The notes: a model not told the origin generated them from the letters alone. Positions 36,960-50,419 are shown, counted from the first letter of the stretch. The stretch is 57,098 bases of DNA from Octopus bimaculoides (GCF_001194135.2 NC_068983.1:13365589-13422686); one strand, 5' to 3'. Numbers and translations are program-made.

Positions 36960-38483
36960 CCATGTTAACTAGTGGTTTTACGGCAAGCGTAGGTTGTGGC
37001 TGTAACCGTAGGTGAAATGAATAGTTATGGACTACGCCTGTTCCAGCAATATTCCGTGCTGAGTCATGTAACAGGGCATACAGTGGTCTACTAACAACGC
37101 GAGCATAAAGTTACCTGGAGACGCCCTCAGTCCAAACTGGTTATGTTATTTCGTTTGACGTAATGCCTATATACGTGACATCCGTGATCTCTCTAGAGTT
37201 AAATTTTTATTTGGTGCTACATATTGAACGAATCACTGGCAAAGCTGAAGCTGGGTGACACAAAGTTTACATTGTAAACTTTGTAACAACCAGCATTATA
37301 AGCTTTTTGTGTCGTTTGTCGTAAATGGTACAACAAATAACATAAAAGATTCAAAATGGCTAAATATTCGTAAGCTTTACGATGTAACAATATCTACGTA
37401 TTTTGTGAAGCTCTAGTATATTTATCACCAATTTGTTTGATGATGAGACTTCAAAACTAAAAATTTAGAAAAGAACAGTTTATGCCAGCAACCAGGATTC
37501 GTGGCACACAAACACAAAGATTGGTTCGATGCATAAAACTCAGAAATGGGTGCTTCTAAAATATCAATTATTAATTACACAAGAAATTGTTCTCAATTCT
37601 AATTTACTTAGCAAGAAGCATTTGAGGTCAGAGGAATTATTGAAGAACCATGAATCAATGATGAAGAAAGAAGTAACGACAATAAAGGATGTGAGGTGGT
37701 CCACAAATATTTAACTATCTTTTGACAAAAAGGAAAGGACTCTGATACAATTTGCAGCGTATTAAGGCAGATGTTCGGTCTCCAGCAATCTGCTACTGCT
37801 ACTTTCCGTTCAACATGTGTATTTACTTTAACACTGGAGGCGCAATGGCCCAGTGGTTAGGGCAGCGGACTCGTGGTCATAGGATCGCGGTTTCGATTCC
37901 CAGACCGGGCGTTGTGAGTGTTTATTGAGCGAGAACACCTAAAACTCCACGAGGCTCCTGCAAGGGATGGTGGCGAACCCTGCTGTACTCTTTCACCACA
38001 ACTTTCTCTCACTCTTACTTCCTGTTTCTGTTGTGCCTGTAATTCAAAGGGCCAGCCTTGTCACACTGTGTCACGCTGAATATCCCCGAGAACTACGTTA
38101 AGGGTACATGTGTGTCTGTGGAGTGCTCAGCCACTTGCACATTAATTTCACGAGCAGGCTGTTCCGTTGATCAGATCAACTGGAACCCTCGACGTCGTAA
38201 GCGACGGAGTGCCAACAACATATATATTACTTTAGCAATACCTAAGCTATTTAAGTTATTCTGAAGAGAGGAATAGAGCGCTTTACAGATATTTTTTCAG
38301 AATCTACTCAGAATAGATGAAAACAGAGAAAATCTTCTCCTTGTTATTCAAGAAATGGATAATAATTCTAACGTACAGAAATTTCAAAATTTCTATTAAA
38401 TGAATCAAGTCTGGAAAATGTCCAGGAGCTAATGGTATACCAGATGAGGTTATTCTGGATGGATGTGGTTGATCTTGTGCTCA
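36960..38483 (+). mobile_element. Old RTE-clade LINE (endonuclease, linker, RT start), interrupted by SINE B and ending at a mariner
   Basis: Fragments GEMNSYGLRL, HKVTWRRPQSKL, HKHKDWFD, KSGKCPGANGIPDE in LINE order. Confidence 0.65.
37835..38220 (+). mobile_element. SINE family B, full length
   Basis: Near identical to other B copies. Confidence 0.95.
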
Positions 38484-38485
38484 TA

Positions 38486-39089
38486 CGTGTTCTGGTCAAT
38501 AAGTATCCGGACTGTTACTAGTTAAAGCACGGAGAGTGAAGCCGCTGGATACAGGCTAACCTTGAACTGTGTTGTTCATGTCCACTAAGTTTTAACGCTT
38601 TAGCTCACTGCAACTGTTTACAGCAGTGCTTGGAAGGAAAGTGTGTAGCGTGTGATCGTCGCATTGACCACGACAGAGAAAGTTGAGCAGAAAATCTGCA
38701 TTAAATTTTAGCAAAACCTTGACGATATCTGCTCAGAGGCCGACGCAAAGTTTCAAAAAAATCTTCATTGTTCTCGACACAGTCAAAGAGATCTTGTGCA
38801 ACTGAAACCTGAGGTCTCTTTTTGGTCAGCTGAAAGCAATTTCGGCACAAAATTGACAGACACGTGTCTCATACCCAAATCTTCAATGATAATGGACTGA
38901 ACTGAACCGTAACTAATCTGCACATCCTGTGATATCTCACGGATGTTGATTCGATGATTTCCCCTCTCAGCTGCACGCACACCTGCGATGCTTTTCTCAG
39001 TTCTGCTGGTCGCGGGTCCCCAATAACGCTCACCAATATCGACATTATTTCGGCCATCTTAGCAACGTCTAAACCACTCGTAGACTTGT

Positions 39090-39090
<1 letters not shown>
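38486..39090. mobile_element. Mariner 5' fragment with internal inversion
   Basis: TA plus TIR CGTGTTCTGGTCAATAAGTATCCGGACT; + strand TEKVEQKICIKF*QNL..AKFQK; - strand QVYEWFRR..RINIREISQDVQISYGSVQSIIIEDLGMRHVSVNFVPKLLSADQK..DCVENNEDF. Confidence 0.85.
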
Positions 39091-39165
<75 letters not shown>

Positions 39166-39935
39166 CATTATTATTATTATTATTATTATTGTTCAGTAGT
39201 TTTATTTTTATAACGTGCTTTCACTTCACTACCGAGCGCAGCTCTGTGCGCCTTGGGTACGTGCTGTGGTTNNNNNNNNNNNNNNNNNNNNNNNNNNNNN
39301 NNNNNNNNNNNNNNNNNNNNNNNNNNNNNNNNNNNNNNNNNNNNNNNNNNNNNNNNNNNNNNNNNNNNNNNNNNNNNNNNNNNNNNNNNNNNNNNNNNNN
39401 NNNNNNNNNNNNNNNNNNNNNNNNNNNNNNNNNNNNNNNNNNNNNNNNNNNNNNNNNNNNNNNNNNNNNNNNNNNNNNNNNNNNNNNNNNNNGCAGTACC
39501 CAGTAGTGCAATTTTGTATATTTGTAAGTCCTGGTGTTTTTGTTATGTATTTGTCTGAATATTTTTTTATTATACCTAAGGTATAATAATGATAGGAATT
39601 GTTTCTGTTTTTAGATTCCACATTCGAGTTATCTCTATTTCCAGGTCTTTGTATTTTGAAAGTTTTTCCATTTCTTTTAGAGAAACGTTGTCTTCTGCTG
39701 GTATTGATACATCAATTAGAAAGCATTTTTTTTTCTTCATGATCTTTGACAACTATATCTGGTCTATTTGCCTTAATTTCTCTATCTGTGTGTATTGGCA
39801 TATCCCAGAGTATGGTTGCTTTCTCGTTTTCTGTGACCTTTTCTGGCGTGTGTTTATACCATTTTTTCTGTTGTTATTCCATAGTGTTGGCATAGCTTCC
39901 AGTGTATATAGGTCCCAGCTCTGTCGTGTCTGTGA
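39091..39935 (-). mobile_element. R4/Dong-like non-LTR retrotransposon 3' end (RLE domain) with (AAT)n tail
   Basis: RHDRAGTYIHWKLCQHYG..WYKHTPEKVTENEKATILWDMPIHTDREIKANRPDIVVKD..CFLIDVSIP..KYKDLEIEITRMWNL with frameshifts, then 3' UTR and about 100 nt of (AAT)n. Confidence 0.88.
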
Positions 39936-39939
39936 ATCA

Positions 39940-40025
39940 TTATTCGGGTCACTGTCTGGAATCAAACTCGAAATCTTGGGGTTAGTAGCCCGCGCTCTTA
40001 ACCATTACACCATATGCCCGTGGGA
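39940..40025 (-). mobile_element. SINE family E head
   Basis: GGTGTAATGGTTAAGAGCGCGGGCTACTAACCCCAAGATTTCGAGTTTGATTCCAG matches 22309-22380. Confidence 0.8.
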
Positions 40026-42007
40026 AACTACATATCGTAGTGATGATTGGCTGTTGCCTTCTTTAACCTCAAGTCAATACTAAGGAGACTTGTGACATAG
40101 AGTTAAGACTTATATTATACATGTATAGACCTACGATACAATTTCTTTCATTAGTTTGTGATGACGGTATATGTGGGTGTTATTTTTAAAAGATCTGCTT
40201 GTTACAATAAGACCACTATTAGTATGGGATCTAGAACAATCGTGTGTTTGAATGTAATTGTTGCGTTGTATTTGTCTTAAACGCATATGTAAATGTTCAA
40301 ATGCTCTTCTGTACAAACACAGTGCCTTGCCTTAAAAATTAAGACAGTATGACTAATATATTTAAGTTTCGTGTCCAGTGTTAATGACGTGTACGTTGTT
40401 TAAATGTTTAAAGCTAAGTAACAGCTATGATTTTTAGATTCGGTTATATAGTGTGTGTTGCTTTATAGCAAAACTTTTGTCTATGTTTAAAATGGTGCAC
40501 TGGTGTTGCTGCCCGTATATAGTTTCTCAATTTTAAAGTAGTTTTGCTAAATATTGAATGAGACAAACGGAAATATATCATTCATTATAAATTAAGATAT
40601 TCACTGTTTAACTGATGATAACAAATAATTTTGTATTCCGTCTCATACACATAATTGTAACAGAGAATTCATTGAATGTGCTGTGTGTTCCGAAATAACA
40701 ACAAATCAGTGATTTTGTGTGGATTCTAAATCAATAGGAATTATGAAACAATAAATAGTTATACTTCAAAGCCGTTGATATCTCTGTTATTTCATTCTCA
40801 GACTTCAATCATTAGAGAAATGGTTAATGAAATCTTGCACTGGGAAAACACTCACTATTGTCCTCATTTTTCTGTTTGTCTGTTGAAGAAACATATCTAT
40901 GATTGGCACAAGATCTGAGGTTTTATGAGAGATGGGTAATTGATTTAATTAACTTAATACTTGGCTCAGGGATAAAAGCATGACCAAGCTGATCTCAGAG
41001 AGATTAGAAATTAAGTTGATAACGGACTTTCTTTTTTATATAGCTTAGCCCAATAGTTCTCAAACTCAGTGATATCAGTTCATCCAATGAAAATACTCGT
41101 ATCACTATTTGTGTTACTTCTTTAGTGATGAAAAGAAAAAATATAACTTTTGCATTCATATGATTCTTTTTTCGCCATTATAGTGTTAGAAATGTTAGCA
41201 TTTAGTTTATCTAAAGCATTTTCATAACTTAGTCCAAAATGCCCATGCTTGTCTTCTGTCTTCTGTTTTCCCCTCGTTTCTTATATTCTTTGTAATATAA
41301 AGCTTTTCTTTTATAAGTCTCAAGGCATTCTGGTGGTTGAAAAGGGAAAAGAATAAGAATAAGTAACATATACGATGAATGGATGTCAGGAAAATGCGTC
41401 TAGTGCATCATGTATGACACACAAGACAGGCAATATGATAAAAAAAAGAGTTTTTTTAATTCTTAAATTTGGCAATTTGTTTGTCCCGTTTCAACCCACG
41501 CAGTGCAGTCCCTTTAAAATTATTGGATTAATCAAAGAAGAAAAGGTGTTTCTCTTATCCCAAATCAGGCCATCAGCACGTAACTAGTAGATGGAAGGAA
41601 AAAAAAAGATATCCTAAAGACAGCCGCCCAAAGCATGTATTCAAAACAGAAGGGATTCTGCTAAAGGCAACCTGGAGGAATATCTAAAATCTAGGTTATG
41701 ATCCGGAATGTCCGGAATGCAACCATTTCTACCACTCATTTCTCACACTAATATTAATACTCATTGACATCGATATACTAACAAAAATACTAGACAGGTG
41801 ATCTGGAATAAATCGATATTAATAAGACTTATTAATACGCAGGAAGCAAATAAAACATTCTTTCTAGATTTAAATAGATTAGTGAATATCATAGATTTTA
41901 TACTAAAATCTAAGAAGCAGGTGTAACTAGTAGTCGGCTAATAATGTAATATACGAGTAAAAGTGGAAATACATGAAATGAAGTCACATATATATAGACA
42001 CACCAAG

Positions 42008-42049
<42 letters not shown>

Positions 42050-42232
42050 ACATACACACACACANNNNNNNNNNNNNNNNNNNNNNNNNNNNNNNNNNNN
42101 NNNNNNNNNNNNNNNNNNNNNNNNNNNNNNNNNNNNNNNNNNNNNNNNNNNNNNNNNNNNNNNNNNNNNNNNNNNNNNNNNNNNNNNNNNNNNNNNNNNN
42201 NNNNNNNNNNNNNNNNNNNNNNNNNNNNNNNN

Positions 42233-42265
<33 letters not shown>

Positions 42266-42920
42266 ATGCACGCATTCATATCCAGTCACGAACGTGCACG
42301 CATAGATATAAACAGATAAGAACACGATTGTGCTTCCCGTGACTGAATAAAATAACATAATTAAAAAGAAAAACTAGTTGAGAAGCAGGACAGAGATAAT
42401 CAAGTTTCATCGATGTACGATTACTTAGAACTAAAGCAGAATAAGTAAAAGAATTTGGAAAATAACTAAAATATATCTTAGCTTTGCTCCAGAGAAAAAT
42501 TCCTTTTGTCAGAAAAAGTAAGTTAAAAAATATCAGCGAAGAATAAATTAGATAAGGGAGATAATATGTGAAGGATAAATATGTTAAATCGAGGTTACTG
42601 TGGCAAAGCAATAAATGTATACAGCTTCTTTACTTATTTAGAAGCAGATTAATATCTGCGTAGAAGGAATTGGAGACACACCAGCCAAATCTACAGTTAG
42701 TCTCTCTGTCGAGAAAACATTCTGATTGCTAAAGAAATAGGTGAATACTATAAAATGAAATCGATTAACGAAGTTCAGCATGTGAATCACCTAATGAACG
42801 TTGAAATATTAAACATAATATTATATCATTGTTAATCGGGAGAACTTACAAAATGATTTGCAAGCCGAGAGTTTCGTGTATTGAGTTATATTTATCGTGT
42901 TTGTTCTTCGAATCTTAATA

Positions 42921-43345
42921 CTGGTTTCAAATTTTGGCAGAAGGCCAGTAATTTCGGAGGAGATGTTAAGTCGATTCCGATGTTCTGCTGGTACTTATTT
43001 TATCGATTCCGATAGAATGAAAGGCAAAGTCGACCTCGGCGGCATTTGATCTCAGAACGTAACGGTAGACAAAATACCACCAAGCATTTTGCCAGGTGTG
43101 CTAACGATTCTTATTTCTTTATTGCCCACAAGGGGCTAAACATAGAGAGGACTAACAAGGACAGACAAAGGGATTAAGTCGATTACATCGACCGCAGTGC
43201 GTAACTGGTACTTAATTTATCGACCCCAAAAGGATGAAAGGCAAAGCCGACCTCGGCGGCATTTGGTCTCAGAACGTAACGGCAGACGAAATACCGCTAA
43301 CCACTTCGCCCGGCGTGCTAACGTTTCTGCCAGCTCGCTGCCTTA
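42921..43345 (-). mobile_element. SINE family C head-to-tail dimer (two tail variants)
   Basis: AAAGGCAAAG(T/C)CGACCTCGGCGGCATTTG occurs twice. Confidence 0.85.
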
Positions 43346-43462
43346 ACTTCTGTAATTATATTAAAACAGAATACCCTATGACAGTAAAGTTCTTTCTTTT
43401 TTTTTAAATCAGGGACTGAAGAACAGCGTCTTTGACTTTTGACAACACCGCTGAAACTAATG

Positions 43463-43465
<3 letters not shown>

Positions 43466-43523
<58 letters not shown>
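43466..43523. repeat. (GACA)n microsatellite
   Basis: Direct reading. Confidence 0.95.
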
Positions 43524-43525
<2 letters not shown>

Positions 43526-43944
43526 GTGAGAGGAGAAGGAACGTATTCTTCTTCCTTCCTCTCAGGTAACATAGTAGGAATGCTCGCAACAAAGTAGACT
43601 CCGTTTAACATTACCCAAGTTCAAGTAATGGTGTTAAACCTAGTGTCGAATTAAATCCTCCATGGTTGATCTACCTGCAAGAAAGCGCAACCAATCTCCC
43701 TGAAACCACAATCTATAATCTAAAAAAAAAGAAATGGCACATTAGAATACAGTGCAGTCATATAATAGACCTAAGAAGACTTGATAGTCAAACCTGGAAT
43801 GCCTTTGAACATATGCTTGCTGATTAACTGGAAGACATCGGGTCAAAAACAAACCACAACAACAACCTTGCAACAAAAATCTTAACATCTCAGCAGGTAA
43901 CAATGTGTGTAATAAAGAGATACAATCGTAGGCTTTATTCTAAG

Positions 43945-44460
43945 ATATGGATATGTGGTTAAGAAGCTCCATTTGCTTCCACGTGGTTACGGGTTCCGCC
44001 CAACTGGACGGCACCTTGGGCAAGTGTCTTCTATGTCTCAGAGCAATGTTTTTGGGGAGAATGTGATAGACAGAAACTATGCAGAATCAGGTGTGTGTGT
44101 GTGTTTGTGTGTGTGTGTGTAAAATTGTTTTTTGCCTCTGTTCACGCAATCAACTACCTTTTACTATAGCCTGGGACCTACTAATACCTTGTGAGTGAAA
44201 TTGGTTGATGGAAACTTAAGTGGAAAACCATCGTATATTTGTGTGCGCGTGTGTTTGCGTCTGTGTTTGTCTCTAGCCCACCACAAACATGACAACCAGC
44301 ATTGGTTTGTTATCATCCTAGTAACATACCAATTCGATAAAAGGAAATAAGAGATAGAATTTGTACCAGACTCTAAAAATAATAACTGAATTAGAAAAGT
44401 TCAACTAAAAACAAAAGGCTTTCAGGTTGTGTCCCAGCATGGCTGCAGTTTAATGGCAAA
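43945..44460 (+). mobile_element. Old, diverged family A-like SINE
   Basis: GGCACCTTGGGCAAGTGTCTT and CCCAGCATGGCTGCAG landmarks. Confidence 0.6.
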
Positions 44461-45593
44461 TACAAATAAAGGATAGAAGATATAAGTATGAATTCTTGTG
44501 AAGATGTGTGTCATAAAATATATGGGTCGATGAGACGCCATACATGACACTAGGTAGTTTCACAATGGTCGGCTTATAGGACAAGTATCGTGTTTCTCGT
44601 AATATTAAAGAGAACTTTAGCGACACAAGATACTCACTTTAAATTGCAGTACATTTGAGAATCCAGATTTAACAAAGCTAGCAGTCAGTCATGTTGCTGC
44701 TATCTTATCTTACAAGGAGTGGTTAGATCACGTGATTTTATTAAACGCGTAAAAGGCTGAAAGACAAAAATAATTTCAGCGAAATTTGAACTCAAAACAT
44801 AGGACCCGTAAGAAATATCCGCATTGTATTTGTCCGAGACTCTAACAACTCGGCTAACTTACAAAACTTCAAGGCAAAGATTGGTTTAATGACAATTGCA
44901 AGAAATCTCTCGTCTGCTCAATAATCAGAAGCGGTTTACGTACAAAAAAAAGAGAAAAACTATATAACCAGAAAAAGAGCCAAGCAAAAAGAAAATACCT
45001 TTCTATTTCTGCCTCTCTGTTCATCTCTCTCTCTCTCTCTCTCTCTCTNNNNNNNNNNNNNNNNNNNNNNNNNNNNNNNNNNNNNNNNNNNNNNNNNNNN
45101 NNNNNNNNNNNNNNNNNNNNNNNNNNNNNNNNNNNNNNNNNNNNNNNNNNNNNNNNNNNNNNNNNNNNNNNNNNNNNNNNNNNNNNNNNNNNNNNNNNNN
45201 NNNNNNNNNNNNNNNNNNNNNNNNNNNNNNNNNNNNNNNNNNNNNNNNNNNNNNNNNNNNNNNNNNNNNNNNNNNNNNNNNNNNNNNNNNNNNNNNNNNN
45301 NNNNNNNNNNNNNNNNNNNNNNNNNNNNNNNNNNNNNNNNNNNNNNNNNNNNNNNNNNNNNNNNNNNNNNNNNNNNNNNNNNNNNNNNNNNNNNNNNNNN
45401 NNNNNNNNNNNNNNNNNNNNNNNNNNNNNNNNNNNNNNNNNNNNNNNNNNNNNNNNNNNNNNNNNNNNNNNNNNNNNNNNNNNNNNNNNNNNNNNNNNNN
45501 NNNNNNNNNNNNNNNNNNNNNNNNNNNNNNNNNNNNNNNNNNNNNNNNNNNNNNNNNNNNNNNNNTATATATATATATATATATGTAGATAGG

Positions 45594-45654
<61 letters not shown>

Positions 45655-46654
45655 GTACATATACATCATGTACATACACATAATATTTCTTATATTAGTA
45701 TATAAGAATTGATAAATAACTCACCTGATTCTTTCTTCTTAATCGTTTTTCTCCTTTTCGTTTTCTTCGTCATTCTCTCGTTTCCTACCTTTGTGTTTTG
45801 TATTCCTCATTCATTCAACTACTTCAAGTTTTATAAAAACAACAACAAAAAAAGAACTATAGACTCAATTTTCCTTATCTTAAGTTCATGGACAATAAGA
45901 TGGTGTTTACTAAATTTAATAAATGTCATATCGAATATAATCAACAAGCTTCTTGTGAAGTTTATCTTTTCCTTTTTTTCTTTTTATATGTTTTACTTTC
46001 AAGAATGAAACTTACTTGGCTCTCTTCCAATACATTGTAATCACCCAAAGTAGTTTCAATGAAGAATATAAATCAAGATGTACCATAAACATTGTGATAT
46101 GAATTTTATAACTTTCTATTATTATATTCCCACAAACTTTCCAGTGGACATCAATCAATAAACTTTATTGTGATTGCATATTCTTTACAAAAAGATTAAA
46201 CTGTCATGTATGACCGAATATCTTAGGAGCGACAAAAACATACATTTCCATAATTAAGATGGCATATTTTTTTTATAGTGGATATTTCTAAGATTAAGCA
46301 TATCACAGTGTTGCTTAAATACATTATAGTCAGATTAAAACCAATGGATTGTATTTCAGATTACATTATTATATCGCTATATGGGCAATCATGTATGTTT
46401 TATTGTTTATTGCGTATTAAAAAATTCCTGCAAAAATATCAAATTTATTGCATTAAAAGATAATGATGAGTTCGTTGTTGTTTGTCTTTCTGCACTTATT
46501 TACGCACAGTTTTGATAGTAACTGATATATTTTCTGATTGAAAGTAAGGAACATCGTTTAGAGAAATTTCTTAGAACTCCTTTATTGCAATATTTTATTA
46601 CGTTCGTGGTTTCAAACACAATACTGAACTGTATTTGATTCCAGATTTGGAAAT

Positions 46655-46900
46655 GCATTGCAAGATTGCGGTTTCATTTCCCAGACCGGCAGTGCGTCGT
46701 GTTCTTGAGCATAACCATTATCTCATCTTGTTCCAGTTCACTCAACCGTAAGTCAATAACTCTGTTCGGTAGAAGTGTTGGCCTGCCCACCTGGCCAGCG
46801 GGGTAGCATCATTCAAAAGTTACAACAATGCGCTGAAGCGCATTGTGACTAGCGATATTAAACATCATCCGACAATCTGGTCGATACAACGATACAGTGA
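46655..46900 (+). mobile_element. Diverged SINE (D-like head)
   Basis: GATTGCGGTTTCATTTCCCAGACCGG..GTGTTCTTGAGCA. Confidence 0.5.
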
Positions 46901-47134
46901 TACTCCATAAACACTCGACCTGTTTTTAAATGCAAAATTCTGTTTTATTTTTCTGTTCTTATTTACAAACTGCTTTAGAAATGAATTATGTGCTTTCCAG
47001 TTGCAATTAAGGGATATATTTGAAATAATTTCCTAGAGTTCCCTGTGATAGAATTTAAGTTGCAATATTATATTATTAATTTATGTGGTCTTAGAGTTCT
47101 TCGAGAATACACAAATGGGGTGTATTTGATTTGC

Positions 47135-47490
47135 TCAGCAGCCAATGTTCCCAGAAACTGTCGCCTGAACATTATTTAGGCCGGATATGACACTGACCTT
47201 AGAAACATCCAAACAGGTAGTTCCGTCAGAACACTTCGTGGGCGCAAATGAGTGCAAGAAAAGGAAATGTAACAAGCTGGAGAAGCTATACCAAAGGAAT
47301 GGTGTCAAGAAAGGTGTGAGCCTATCGAGATGAAATGCAGATGTTATGCAGGGCAGTCGCTCTGCAGAGCGTACAGCATGCTGGGAATTACAGGGACCAA
47401 TAGACAGACGACCATCAGGTTGGCTGTCGAGGAAATAGAGGTTGCCTCAAGGTAGCTGTGGATCGGATCAGAAGGTGCGAACCCTGGAGG
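47135..47490 (+). mobile_element. HERO-like RLE non-LTR retrotransposon 3' fragment
   Basis: FPETVA*TLFRPDMTL..SKQVV..E and CEPIEMKCRCYAGQSLCRAYSMLGITG..EVASR*LWI. Confidence 0.75.
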
Positions 47491-47793
47491 AGGAACTGCT
47501 ACCAGATGTAGTGTTAACTGGACACAACATAGAGTTTGATCAAGAAGAGGGATTGAACAGGCTTTATTGCAAATCAATCAGCACATATGATTCAACTCAT
47601 CATTATCACCTGTTAATTGCTGAATGTTACATATATCATAAGCAATATTATATCAATTATGATTCAATAGGTGTGTGTATGCTACATATATATCCAGTAA
47701 CAGGAGTAGTCCTAATATATAACATTTGATGGCCGGTACCCGGAGAGGAGCTTTGGGAAGACACTATACAGTTATTACCCAGATTATATACAT

Positions 47794-48185
47794 ATTTTAG
47801 CTCTTATTTCTAGCAATGTAGGTGTTATTCACATCCATAGCTGACGACTATAATTTTCTTTTACGGTATAACATTACAAACAGCAGGTTTTTATTAATTT
47901 CTGTATACACATTAGCGATCTGCAATATCAGCCATAGATTTTTATAGGCGAGGTAGCCCGGAATCAACCGAACGAGCTATGGCTACGGAAATAGCCGAAA
48001 CTGACAGGTCAGTCTAAGGAATTCTTAATTCAGTGTTCGGGGCGATTGCAGCCATTATCACAGTATATGTTATGTGCTTTGTAACATCATTGGAGAATTT
48101 TAGCTCCTGTTTCTAGCAATGTAGGTCAAATTTAGTTGACGACTATAATTTTCCTTTGCGGTATAACATTGCAAACAGGTCTTTT

Positions 48186-48194
<9 letters not shown>
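47794..48194 (+). repeat. About 100 bp direct repeats (47794-47900, 48097-48194) enclosing a degenerate hammerhead-like fold
   Basis: ATTTTAGCTC..TTTCTAGCAATGTAGGT..TGACGACTATAATTTTC..CGGTATAACATT.CAAACAG..TTATTAATTT occurs twice. Confidence 0.85.
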
Positions 48195-48259
<65 letters not shown>

Positions 48260-48261
<2 letters not shown>

Positions 48262-48375
48262 GACGGGCTTTTATACAGTTTCCGTCTTCTAGATTCATTC
48301 AAAAGGCATTAATCTGCGGGAGACATAGTGCAAGTGTCTTGCCCAAGGTTCCACACAATGGGACTGAACTCAAAG
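48260..48375 (-). mobile_element. SINE family A 5' fragment
   Basis: ACGACGGGCTT..CAGTTTCCGTC..CTTGCCCAAGGTTCCACAC..GGGACTGAAC. Confidence 0.7.
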
Positions 48376-49448
48376 TCACGTGATAACAAAGTGATTCAGC
48401 TTCGTTGTCAGTAATGCTAATGCATTATCTGTAATGCTACAGACACGTATCCAAATACGATTTCAGAGATTAGTGTTTCTGCTTTCAGTGTCTTTGTTCA
48501 TTTCCCGTCCTTGTTGTTGAGATAGCAAGATAAAAGTATAATGCTGTTATCTCGTATTGTAAAGATTCCAAACTACAATAAAACTGTCCTTTGCTATTGT
48601 TACTAATTGCTATTATAAGGTATTAAACAATTGATCCTTTATATCCTCAGAGAGGAAGTGACCTGTTCACTAAGTGGGTCGCCGTCCAAACAATTTCATT
48701 TTGCCCTCGGTACAAAAGGGAAACAACTCATGCTTTCAACTGGCTCAATTATTAAATAATGCATCTTAATGTCACAAATACATTGATCAGATCCTCTGTT
48801 TAAATTGCTTTAATGCAAGGTTTTATCTTTGGACTCGTTTCTTACTCACAAACTGAAAAAAAAAAAAGAAAAGAAAATCAGAAAGAAAAGAAAGTTATCA
48901 ATACAAGTGAGAAGTTATTTGCATACAAAATAAATAATCTAATATTTTATCGTCTTAAATTTTAATGCCATAAAAACCAAGAGACAAAATGGTCTATTAG
49001 TTGTTCTTTAGGCCGTGAAGAACGATACTTTACGCCTCTACTTCCTAGAGATTTTTATCAAATAAATCTAAATATTATGCTGAAGCTGGTTGTAATGTTA
49101 TTTCTTTTTTATATATAATTGTTTGCAATAAAAAACAAAAATCGGTGTATAAAAAACGAATTAAAATATTCAGCAAATTAAGTTGTCTACAATATGATTA
49201 ATTAAATTTTAATTGTGCTTTTATGTCTGAATTTAAATTTTAGTTTTACTAATGCATTCAAAAAATTATCTCACGGAAAATTATATTTTACTTTAAGCAC
49301 AAAAGACCTACTACATAGTAACAGGAATTGAAGAATTCTGAGGTAATTGCCTTGTGGTATTTCTTTCCGTCCTCTCGTGAGTTTTTCCTTTTCTTATCTC
49401 TTGATGCCTATGAGAGGAGGGAAAAATATATACCAATGATTTAACCAT

Positions 49449-49822
49449 AGGCGCAGGAGTGGCTGTGTGGTAAGTAGCTTGCTTACCAACGACATGATTT
49501 CGTGTTCAGTCCCACTGCGTAGTAACTTGGGCAAGTGTCTTCTACTCTAGCCTCGAGCCGACCAAAGCCTTGTGAGTGGATTTGGAAGACGGAAACTGAT
49601 AGAATCCCGTCGTATATATGTGTGTGTGTGTGTGTGTGTCTGTGTTTGTCCACCCAGCATCGCTTGACCACTGACGCTGATGTGTTTACGTCCCCGTAAC
49701 TTAGCGGTTCGGCAAAAGAGACTGATAGAATAAGTACTAGGCTTACAAAGAATAAGTACTAGGCTTACAAAGAATAAGTCCTGGGGTCAATTTGCTCGAC
49801 TGAAACAAGTAAAAGAGTAAAA
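49449..49822 (+). mobile_element. SINE family A, near full length, with a 22 bp internal tandem duplication
   Basis: AGAATAAGTACTAGGCTTACAA occurs twice. Confidence 0.95.
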
Positions 49823-50419
49823 GATTAGATCCATAAAATGCGAATTATAGATGTGGTTTCTTGCAATAATAAGAATTATGTTTTAAATTGGTCAAATGTA
49901 TGAATGATTGGTGTAAATGGTAATAGTTGCTATGCTTTTGCATTGGTCTGCAAATGCAAATGCAGAATGAATCAACCACGGATTATTTTCGTTTCTTTAT
50001 GCACAACAATAACAAAGAAATCACAAGACTTCTTAAACTATGTTATCTTTACTTTGGGGTAACATATTTAGCAGTTGAGTTGCTTTGGTATATTTAAAAC
50101 ATTATTCCATTTCATACCGTGTTTTGTAAAGGACGAATTGCAAATAAAGTAACGTGATTCGAATGCATACTTCTGCTTAGATATGAAGGCATGTGATATG
50201 AATTTAATCTGTCCAAATCGTCAACAAGTTAAACGTCATGGCGAACACTTACGCTGTTACATTTATAGAATCTTTGAAAGACAAGTTCCAAAGACTTCAT
50301 AGTTTGCAGAATATAAAAAAGTGCTGCGTGGAGTTGTTAGATTCTTCCAAATTTCCTTATCAACATATCTCATCAGCAATCATAGTAGCAACAATTTTGG
50401 TTGTTAAAATTCACAGCAG

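Noticed and set aside
45715-46430. Two canonical minus-strand donors (CAG|GTGAGT, CAA|GTAAGT) and an acceptor
   Set aside because: No phase-compatible open splice product found; such hexamers are expected by chance.
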